Shown here: one piece after another, positions 12,683 through 22,025 of the stretch
How the letters are laid out: each line of letters starts with the position of its first letter
Position numbering within the stretch: position 1 is the first letter of the stretch
Assembly (NCBI RefSeq): GCF_006345805.1
Contig: NW_021832846.1
Coordinates: forward strand, 1-55,877
Source of the DNA: Octopus sinensis
Lineage: Eukaryota
Length of the DNA stretch: 55,877 nt
Direction: 5' to 3'
Position numbers and translations under genes: made by a program
Notes under the pieces: model-generated
What the model was told of the DNA's origin: nothing
What the model saw: the letters and a program-made list of their open reading frames with translations, nothing else
The model's database searches: none

Positions 12683-12724
<42 letters not shown>

Positions 12725-12728
12725 ATAA

Positions 12729-12765
<37 letters not shown>

Positions 12766-12810
12766 TATATATATATATATATAATATAATATAATATACA
12801 TATATATAAT
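12590..12810. repeat. (TA)n microsatellite
   Basis: Direct inspection. Confidence 0.95.
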
Positions 12811-12886
12811 AAATTCAGAGTGAATACTTGATAAATGTAAGCACCTGTATATGCCAGCTAGTAGCATAGGTGAGAGGATATATGTA

Positions 12887-13030
12887 TCAAATGAAATGAA
12901 ATAAAAAACAGGACACAAGGATGTTGCAGTACACATGTTTCGAGCTGTAAGAATAAGTTATTCTATAAAGCTTGAAACATATGTACTGCAACATCCTTTG
13001 TGTCCTGTTTTTCATTTTATTTCCTTTGAT
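12887..13030. repeat. Imperfect ~60-bp-arm hairpin flanked by TA runs
   Basis: TCAAATGAAATG...CATGTTTCGAGCT and AGCTTGAAACATATG...TTTCCTTTGA are reverse complements at roughly 85-90% identity. Confidence 0.85.
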
Positions 13031-13147
13031 ATATATATATATATATATATTTATATATTTATGTAGGTCCCGGGTTGAGTCGGGGTTAACCACAGTAAAT
13101 AAGGTACTCAATACATGGCAGAGTAAATTAATTTATTTTATAGAAGG

Positions 13148-13198
13148 AGCTTCTACAGGACTAGAACTGTTTCATTCAAATGAAATCATCAGGAAGCT
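13148..13198 (-). ncRNA. Type-I hammerhead ribozyme motif, mirror copy in the left palindrome arm
   Basis: Exact reverse complement of 13299-13349. Confidence 0.75.
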
Positions 13199-13298
13199 TG
13201 CTGTCAAAATAAGATCTGGCATTTATACATTAAATCTTTATACATTTATACATTAAATCTGCCTAAATGTATAAATGCCAGATCTTATTTTGACAGCA

Positions 13299-13349
13299 AG
13301 CTTCCTGATGATTTCATTTGAATGAAACAGTTCTAGTCCTGTAGAAGCT
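13299..13349 (+). ncRNA. Type-I hammerhead ribozyme motif
   Basis: AGCTTC (stem I) - CTGATGA (core) - T TTC ATTT GAA T (stem II) - GAAA CAG TTCTAGTC CTGT (stem III, ACAG/CTGT) - A (GUA cleavage triplet, cut after 13343) - GAAGCT (stem I'). Confidence 0.75.
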
Positions 13350-13371
13350 CCTTCTATAAAATAAATATATT

Positions 13372-13790
13372 TCATTTTCATTTCATCTGGGTTTGAGTCC
13401 ATGCTCAGGCCAAGTCGAAGACTCTACCCTCAGAGTCTGGTGTGGTTGCCAGGTTGTATTCTCTGCTTAATTTTGACATGTGTAGGAGCGAGTTTGAGTC
13501 AGTTTGTGCTCGTTGTGTATATCCTGGGAGATGGGGTTCATCTCTAATGGTGCTTAAGTATCTATCCAGCTGCAATTTGAATGATTCCACACTGCATCCT
13601 GATAGATTTCTGACATGTACCGGAATGGAGTTGAACAGTTGTGCTCCTCGAACCAACAGACTTGATTCTCGCAGGGTTTTTGCTGCCTGGCCAGCCTTTT
13701 TGTTGATTGGTGGCAGCTGGCAGCATCTTCCGTGGCGCAGTGATTGGTAGGTTTTGATACCAAAGTTTGGCACCTTCTGCTCTATCATTT
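13372..13790 (-). mobile_element. 5'-truncated CR1/L2-group LINE, C-terminus and 3' UTR
   Basis: ORF 13405-13788 reads RGAQLFNSIPVHVRNLSGCSVESFKLQLDRYLSTIRDEP, homologous to the fragment at 12196-12590; short (GAAAT)-like tail. Confidence 0.75.
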
Positions 13791-14758
13791 TCCAAATGTA
13801 TATAATTCGGTATCGCTCAATATATATATATATATTTCGTTATTATTATCATTATCATTATTAAGGCAACAAGCTGGACAAAATGATGGACAAAATACTT
13901 AGTGGTATTTTATCCTGATGTTCTGAGTTCAAATTCTGCCAAGGTCAGCTTTGTTTTTTATCCTTTCTATAAGAACATGGAATGAAATGTATTTATTTAT
14001 AAACTTCAAACTGAACTTCAATTGTTTTATAAACCTAAATAAACCCAATCTGTTTCTTAAATGAGGGACATATTCATACGGCACAGAATGTTTTTTTTTT
14101 ACCTCAATAGACGTCAGTGATTGGTTGAAATTGCAGAAATTGACGTCAGTGGTACGTAAATAAACGGCGTAAATTAACGAAGGTATAAACCTGACGTAAA
14201 TACACGAAGTTGACGTACTTTCACTTCTGACAGCTAATACCATGACAGTGCCTTTTTGCCATTAAGGGCGATCTTTCGGTAAAGGTACCGGAAGTCCCAG
14301 GTGGCTTTGTTTACATTTCTGAAGACAACAGAAACCCTTTTCTGCCTCCCCCTCATATATATATAAAAAAAACACTTCCTTGAAATGTATCAGGTACTTC
14401 CAGTACCTATACCGAAGTTACACCCTATTAAGTTTACGAAGGCGCAACAAAATAATGGCAGTAATAAAGGAACTCAGACGCACACACATAAACATTATAT
14501 ATATAAACGACGGGCTTCTTTCAGTTTCCATCTACCAAATCCACTCAGAAGGCTTTGGTCGGCCCAAGGCTATAGTAGAAGAAACTTGCCCATGGTGCTA
14601 CGCAGTGGGACTGAACCCGGAACCATGTAATTGGGAAGTAAGCTTCTTACCATACAGCCACGCCTGCGCTTATGATATATATAAAAGACGGGCTTCTTTC
14701 GGTTTCCATCTACCAAATCCACTTAGAAGATGTTGGTCCGGGGCTTAGTGGAAGATTT

Positions 14759-15161
14759 GGATGTTTACGGTTTGAACGGCAGTTTTTTAATATAATTTCC
14801 ACATAACTAAACACTTTTAAACTTCGTATACTGGTAGAATGTGTTTATAAAACATCTTTTTCTCTTGGCTTTATTGAGAAAATTCTATAGTTTCTAAGAT
14901 ATTTGTTGTGTTTTTTTCCTTCAATTTCTGCAATTTCAACCAATCACTGACGTCTATTGAGGTAAAAAAAAACATTCTGTGCCGTATGAATATGTCCCTC
15001 GTTTAAGAAACAGATTGGGTTTATTTACATTTCTGAAGAAAAAAAGATACCCTTCCCCCTGACCCTAAAACAGATTGAAATGCAATACTAGGGTCATAAT
15101 TATGGGTGACAATTTCATATGACACTGCTAGAAAAAACTGCCATTCAAACCGAAAAGATCT
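14759..15161. mobile_element. MULE/Foldback-type MITE inserted into a SINE
   Basis: Imperfect TIRs (GGATGTTTACGGTTTGAACGGCAGTTTTTT / AAAAAACTGCCATTCAAACCGAAAAGATCT), GAAGATTT duplicated at 14751-14758 and 15162-15169, and the host SINE resumes after it. Confidence 0.65.
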
Positions 15162-15306
15162 GAAGATTTTTCCCCAAGGTTCCCTGCAGAGGGATTAACC
15201 TGTAATGGTGTTTAGGAAGCAAGCGTCTTAACTACACATACGACAGTACTGGAATTTAGTTCTTCCAACATGGAATTGTAAACATGTCTGGTGGAAATTG
15301 ACTTTA

Positions 15307-15695
15307 AGCATCTCTCTCTATATAAACGGCAGTTTGTCTGTGTGTGTTTCTGTGTGTCTGTTTGGTTGTACCCTCACCCTGACCACGGCTTTCAACCGAT
15401 TCTGATGAAACTTGACACACACATAGCCCAATGTCATAATTCAAAACTAACGCAGCGAAAATTTTGAAAAGTTCCCCCAGTTCTGAAAAAGATCGATAAA
15501 TTCGACATGGGGTCGACAATCAGAAACACAAACCACAGATGGTCTAGGGACGCAACTCGACCTTTTTAACTATCAAAAAAAATTTACCATCATTTTTTTC
15601 CCCATTTTTTTGCTATTTTTTGGCTATAACTCTCTAAAAATGCTTTATAGTTATTTCCCTTACAAACCCGAGCAACGCCGGGCGATACTGCTAGT
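15307..15695 (-). mobile_element. HINE/Lep1-type element, reverse orientation
   Basis: Ends in CCCGAGCAACGCCGGGCGATACTGCTAGT, the reverse complement of the HINE 5' end. Confidence 0.6.
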
Positions 15696-16705
15696 CCCAT
15701 ATAATCTTTCATAACTTATTTTATTTCTTAGAATTTTCAGAAAATTTTTACGCATAGGCTTATGAGTGGCTGTGTGGTAAGTAGCTTGCTTACCCACCAC
15801 ATGGTTCTGGGTTCAGTCCCACTGTGTGGCACCTTGGGCAAGTGTCTTCTACTATAGCCTCGGGCCGACCAAAGCCTTGTGAGTGGATTTAATCCTTTAG
15901 TGTTCGCATTATTCTGCCAAAATTAATGCATTTTTATCCACATTGTTTTGAACTAATCATGCATTATCTTGTAGCGATGAGATTTTGATGAGGTACTCTC
16001 TTTACTCTTTTACTTGTTTCAGTCATGTGACTGTGGCCATGCTGGAGCACTGCCTTTAGTCGAGCAAATCGATCCCAGGACTTATTCTTTGTAAGCCTAG
16101 TATTTACAAAGCCTTGTGAGTGGATTTGGTAGACGAAAACTGAAAGAAGCTCGTCGTATATATGTATATGTTTGTGTGTCTGTGTTTGTCTCCCTAGCAT
16201 TGCTTGACAACCGATGCTGGTGTGTTGATGTCCCCGTTACTTAGCGGTTCGGCAAAAGAGACTGATAGAATAAGTACTGGGCTTACAAAGAATAAGTCCT
16301 GGGGTCAATTTGCTCAACTAAAGGCGGTGCTCCAGCATGGCCCCAGTCAAATGACTGAAACAAGTAAAAGAGTAAAGAGTATTTGTCTTCTTCACACAAT
16401 AATTCATGCAAAAGAAACGAAAAAAGTTTCATTTTTTAAAACTTTTGGATCTGTTCAATCTCACAAACAGATTTTTTAATTAATTTTTTAAAAATAAACA
16501 CTTTGAAACTTCGGATACTGGTTGAATGTGTCATGGAGAACACAGTTTACTCTTAGCATTTTTGACAAAATTTTGTATTTTAGAAGTTATTTCGTGTTGA
16601 AGTTGTCATATTTGGGTAATTTTAACCAATCAATGACATGTATTCAGCTGAAGAAAGTTAAATCTCTCACCATTGCTTTTCTTTCTCTCTCTCTCTCCCC
16701 CCTAG

Positions 16706-16883
16706 AATCCTGCGAGTGGACAAAGTATTAGAACTTCACCGCCAACGAATGTACTACGAGAAACCATTTCAAAAGAGGCGCCGGCTTAGCTATGAGAGGT
16801 GTAAGAGGATCTACGACAACAGTATGAACCAGAAAATTGAGTTTCTAATGAGAAAGAACCGACCTGACCCTTGGCTTCGATAA
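16706..16883 (+). CDS. MRPS21: Mitochondrial small ribosomal subunit protein S21 (bS21m), terminal coding exon
   Basis: Polypyrimidine tract and TAG acceptor at 16705. Phase-2 start, then ILRVDKVLELHRQRMYYEKPFQKRRRLSYERCKRIYDNSMNQKIEFLMRKNRPDPWLR*, matching the metazoan MRPS21 pattern YYEKP...SYERC.RIY..M..KI.FLMRKNR.DPW. Confidence 0.93.
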
Positions 16884-16959
16884 TCAAGAATATGCTTCTG
16901 TGTGAGCCTGAGGGCCCTGCCCCCACAGGCAGAGAAGCTGGACTTTTGTGTGTCTATGT

Positions 16960-17290
16960 GTTTGTTGTTTTTTAGCCCCGAGTCAGCCCTGGACTCAGCA
17001 GAACTTACAATCAAGATTGGTCCAGGAGGTTCCATCAATGACCATCCCATCTATTTGTGTTTGTTGATACAGTTGTTGTTTTTGTTTCTTTTTAGCCCCA
17101 GGTCAGCCCTAAACCCAACAGAACTTATGATCAGAAGTGGTCCAGGAGGTTCCATCGATGACCATCCTGTCTATGACTGTATAGATGATTGTGTTGTTGT
17201 TTAGCCCTAGGCCAGCCTTGATCAAACAAGAAGGCAATTCAGGGGCTTCCAACCACGACCATCCCATTTCTCCTTGAATTTTTATACCAG
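16960..17290 (-). repeat. Three tandem ~110-120-bp copies of a dispersed repeat in or near the MRPS21 3' UTR
   Basis: TTTAGCCCC(G/A)..GTCAGCCCT...GGAGGTTCCATC.ATGACCATCC is repeated; it is the reverse complement of the unit in the 37870-38712 array. Confidence 0.7.
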
Positions 17291-17404
17291 TAACTATACA
17301 GTTCAATACTGACTTGAAATAGAAGGATGTAATTTGAAGGACATCTGGCTGCTATTTCTAGCAAGTTGAGTCATTTCCCTTATTGTCTCTACCATATCAG
17401 CTGG

Positions 17405-17443
<39 letters not shown>

Positions 17444-17634
17444 TAGTTTCAAGTCATTTCAAACAAAAACAACAAAAAGAACAAATAAAGAAATTACAAA
17501 CAAAAGAGGTAACTTGGTGTTTTTTAATTAATGAGCCCCTTGGGGGCAGAGTGGCAGAGTTCCTTTCGAGGGTTAGGCTTCACAGGGGCAATGGCCAAGA
17601 CCTTTGGCATTACGTCATGCTTGAGAAGAAGACC

Positions 17635-18118
17635 CATCATCATCATCGTTTAACGTCCGTTCTCCATGCTAGCATGGGTTGGACGGTTTGACCGGGGATC
17701 TGGGAAGCCAGGAGGCTGCACCAGGCTCCAGTCTGATCTGGCAGTGTTTCTACAGCTGGATGCCTTTCCTAACACCAACCACTCCATGAGTGTAGTGGGT
17801 GCTTTTAAAGTGCCACCGGCACAGGTGCCAGGGGAGGCTGGCATCGGCCACGATTCAGATGGTGCATTTTACGTGCCACCGGCACGGAAGCCGACCAATA
17901 TCGCAATCGCAACAGATACCAGTGCCATGCAAATGGCCCCAGGCAGGTGGCACGTAAAAGCACCCTTGGAGTGGTTGGCATTTGGAAGGGCATCCAGCCA
18001 TAGAAAACCATGCCAGATCAGACTGGATCCTGGCTCAGCCTTCCAGCATGCCAATCCAGTCAAACTGTCCAACCCATGCCAGCATGGACAATGGATGTTA
18101 AATGATGATGATGATGAG
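17635..18118. mobile_element. Inverted pair of RTE-LINE 3'-UTR fragments
   Basis: Starts with (CAT)n-CGTTTAACGTCCG on the left (minus copy) and ends with GGATGTTAAAT-(GAT)n on the right (plus copy). Confidence 0.7.
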
Positions 18119-18867
18119 CATGGCTGTGTGAGATGATTGCTTCCAAACCACATGGTTCCAAGTTCAATCCCACTACATGGCAACATGGGCAAGTGTCTTC
18201 TTTAGCCTCTGGTCAACCAAAGACTTGTGAGTGGATTTGGTGAAGCATCATCATCATCATCATTTAACGTCCATGCTAGCATGGGTTGGACGGTTCAACC
18301 GGGGTCTGGGAAGCCAGGAGGCTGCACCAGGCTCCAGTCTGATCTGGCAGTGTTTCTACAGTTGGATGCCCTTCCTAACGCCAACCACTCCAAGAGTGTA
18401 GTGGGTGCTTTTTATGTGCCACCAGCACAGGTGCCAAGTGAGGCTGGCAACGGCCACGATTGGTTGGCACTTTTTACATGCCACCGGCACAGAAGCCAGT
18501 CAAGGCGGCACTGGCATCAGCCACGTTCGGATGGATCTTTTTACGTGGCACTGGTATCACAACTACAATTTCTATTGATTTTTGAGCGATTTTGAATGTA
18601 AATTGAAAATGAAAGCATGTAGCTTAGTGGTTAGGGTATTTTGCTTATAGCCATAAGGTCACAAGTTCAATATCTGGCAACCCATCATCCTTGAGCAAGT
18701 CACTTTATTTTATATTGCTCCAGTCCACTCAGCTTGTAAAAGTGAAGTGTACCTGTGGTTCAAAGGGCCAGCTTAGTCACATTGTGTCATGCTGAAATTT
18801 TTTGAAAATTTTGAAACCATATTACAAATAGACACAGGCATGGCTGTGTGGTAAGAAGCTTGTTTCC

Positions 18868-20165
18868 AGTATAGCGTTTGCTGGTTGAGCTGTTGGTTTT
18901 GTTTGGAACACACATGTTTTTTGGTTGTCTTGGCGGTGTGATGTTTTCCCTCTTGTTTAATGTTGTGCCGTCTGAGGAAGAAGTGGTGGCGTATTTGAGG
19001 AGAACTGACGAGGGAAGGGAGTGAGGATGTGGGCAAGTTCAGGGAAGGGAAATGAAGTGAGGGTGTGTGTCCCCAAGAGGTATTAAAGGAGGGGAATGGG
19101 AGAACCATAATTTGCAGAACATGCTTGGTAGCAGCCAGGAAGATTGTAGTCATGTCAACGGCTGAAGTGGAAAAAGCACTTAAACCAATCTAGCTGTAGA
19201 AACACAATGGTAGAAAATTTGGAATGGTGGAGGTGGGGTTTCGGGAGGTAGCTGCAGACAGCAACACTATTGAGAACTGATGAAGTGGTGCTTCTATCAG
19301 TTTACCTTGGAAGGCATGCTTCCAGGATTAGGGTAGAAAACATACCCCCAGAAGTGGACATAGCCTGGCTGGTAGCTGCCATACTGCTAGGCATGGAGGA
19401 GAAGGTGGTGTCCTCCAGGACACCAGAACACCCCATAGGAACTGGCAAGGACAAAGCCTCAATACGGTGCTACAAGTTTCCGTGGAAGATATCGAAAGTA
19501 TAGTAGAGACAATTATGGTCAGAGACACAACACTGAAAATCAGAGTGGAAGAGAGGATTCCGTGTTGCTATAAATGTGGCCTAGAGGGTCACATTAGAGC
19601 GGATTGTCCTTCACCACCTGTGAAGGCTAAGGAGAGATATGAGAGTGAGAAAGTGGCTGGTGCTCCACTACCCATGGAGGTTGAGGAAAAGGAGAGTGAA
19701 GCGGTAACACAGATAAAGACCAGTACCAGCATTGAAGAAGAGGAGGTGGACAATGAAAAGGAAACAGCTAGGGAAAAGAGAAGAAAGAGAAAAACAAAAA
19801 CACACGCTGTAAAGGACGATCCCCATCCCACACCCACTCTACCCCAACCACTCCCTACACACACCTGCCCTCTCCATGTCCTACCTGACATAAGCACAAA
19901 CACACTGGAGCCCCAAATTTCCCCAGCCTCACCCTTGAAAAAATATGTTATAATGTACAGTGGAGACAATGAAGAAGTGTATACCAAAATAGACTTGTGG
20001 GGCAGTGTTATAAAAGTGGAGGAATCAAGAGTGAAAGGGATGCCCCGAGTACCTTTGTTGAGTTGTGGCAGACCCAGAATATATATCAAGATTAAAGGGC
20101 TTTGAAGAAAATCATAACTATGAGTGCTGGGTCAAGAAATTGGACTCCAGCTCAATGCCTAAGCA
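18868..20165 (+). pseudogene. Degraded gag-like ORF1 of a non-LTR retrotransposon (L1/Tx1-like), zinc knuckle
   Basis: ORF 19467-20105 contains CYKCGLEGHIRADC (CCHC knuckle); the upstream ORF 19270-19503 has RIRVENIPPEVDIAWL (RRM-like); frameshifted, with no ORF2 seen. Confidence 0.6.
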
Positions 20166-20507
20166 AGTAAGTGTTTATGATATTTTAAAGAAGCATAATG
20201 TAAACATCCTTCGGGGGAATGATAATTAGCTGTCGTTAATAATTGTGTTATAAAATTAGTATTTAAAAAAAATACATTGTATTAACAGGTTCAATTAAGT
20301 CACTCGAAGGTGGGGCAAAACGGTTTCACTTCATCTCTCACGTTTAATTCATCCTTTCCATTCGTTTCTTCTTTTTTGTCCCCTCTATATATGGCTTTCA
20401 TAGCCAATATCATGAAATAAAGGAGCTTGCTTCCAAACTACATAGTTCTAGGTTCAGTCCCACTGTGTGGCACTTTGGGCAAATGTCTTCTAATATAGCC
20501 TTGAGTC

Positions 20508-20744
20508 TGTTATAATCATCACAACAAACATGAACAATCAACGTCGCCCATTGTCTCCCTTGATAAAAGGACTTTCACTTTGTTTCCCGCCAAAACAATT
20601 AACTTGTACAACAACGGCAGTCGAATAAAGTATCTTGTATCGTTAACACGTTGCTTTCAGTCTCTCTCATTTTCTTAATCTTTCATACTAAGTACTCACT
20701 ACTTCCTTTAATACTCAATACATTATATATATATAACAACAACA
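20508..20744 (+). repeat. 5' LTR (237 bp)
   Basis: TGTTATAATC...AACAACA; differs from the 3' LTR by 3 substitutions and one 2-bp indel. Confidence 0.95.
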
Positions 20745-20755
20745 TGGTGTCAGAA
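20745..20755 (+). promoter_or_regulatory. Primer binding site of the Gypsy element
   Basis: TGGTGTCAGAA immediately after the 5' LTR (TGG complementary to tRNA 3' CCA). Confidence 0.8.
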
Positions 20756-20822
20756 TACTAAAAGAACCCAAAATACAGAAACCAAAGGAAAAAAGAAGTT
20801 GAAATCATACTTCAAAGACGAA

Positions 20823-22025
20823 ATGGAAAATTTACCACATCCAAAAGACCTAGACTTTAATCAGGAAAATCTAGCCGCAGCATGGAAAAAGTGGAAAAAA
20901 GAATTCAATCTCTTTTTGATCGCAACAGAAAGTGACATGAAGCCAGACAAAGTAAAAACTTCAATGTTTTTAACTTGCATCGGTTCTAAAGGCCGAGATA
21001 TCCATTCCACACTGGATTTCGATTCACCCGACGAAGAAATGAACCTTCAGACAGTAATCGAAAAATTCGATGCATATTGTGAACCCAGGAAAAACAACTT
21101 TCCTAAGACACAAATTCTTCACATGTGGACAAGCGGAACATCAAAAATTCGATGAGTACGTAGTAGAGTTGCGCCAAAAGGCACAACAGTGCGAATTCGG
21201 CAACCTCACAGACAGTCTCACCAAGATATTCTGATATGTGGAATCAGAGACATGAGATTAAGAGAAAGATTATTGAGAGAACCAATTTAGACCTACAAAA
21301 ACAATTCAAGCAGGTCAGAGTGCAGAGCAAACACGACTCCAATCAAGGATGCTAAATGCCACATCCGAAACAAAAGATAACGAAATCTCGAGGGTATATA
21401 GTCAACACGACAGAAAAGGCGCCAAAACCCAAAAACCCGCCATATGCAATCCAGACATCAAAACGAACAAGGCGGAAGTGACAGAAAGCCCGCGAAGTTT
21501 CAAGCGCCAAGTCAACACTATGTCACTAACTGTCACTATTGTGGTTATAATCACAAAAGAAATAAATGCCCAGCATTTCACAAGACATGTGAAAAATGCA
21601 AGAAACAAGGACACTATGCAAAAATGTGCAAATCAAGAAAATTTGTACATAAAGTAGAGATACATACCGACGATGAATCAGATAACGATACACATGCACT
21701 CGAAATGATCACTGCAAATAATTCCCGCGTGCACAAAATCGAAAAGTTCAAGACTCCAAAAGACATTTGGACGGTCGAACTAAAAGTGAACAACTCGAAT
21801 GTAACATTCAAAATAGATACAGGAGCAGACGTAACCGTACTGCCATTCAGAGAATATAGAAATATAATTCCAAAACCACAACTGCAAAAAACTTCAACTC
21901 GATTATCAGCTTATAATAACACAGCTATAAAAGTGCTAGGAAAATGCACAGCAGTCATTAAATACAAAGAATTATCAAAGCAAATAAAATTCATTGTTGC
22001 AAAAACAACTCGCACGCAGTTATAG
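20823..22025 (+). pseudogene. Gypsy gag and aspartic protease, frameshifted
   Basis: MENLPHPKDLDF...WKKWKKEF; twin knuckles CHYCGYNHKRNKC and CEKCKKQGHYAKMC; protease FKIDTGADVTV. Confidence 0.88.

Larger units (their letters stand above)
13131..13366. repeat. Perfect palindrome, 101-bp arms (13131-13231 and 13266-13366) with a 34-bp spacer
   Basis: Base-by-base reverse complement; the spacer contains a direct duplication of TTTATACATTAAATCT. Confidence 0.95.

Noticed and set aside
14380-14748. 122-aa ORF considered as the missing MRPS21 first exon
   Set aside because: No similarity to the MRPS21 N-terminus in any frame, and most of it is SINE sequence.
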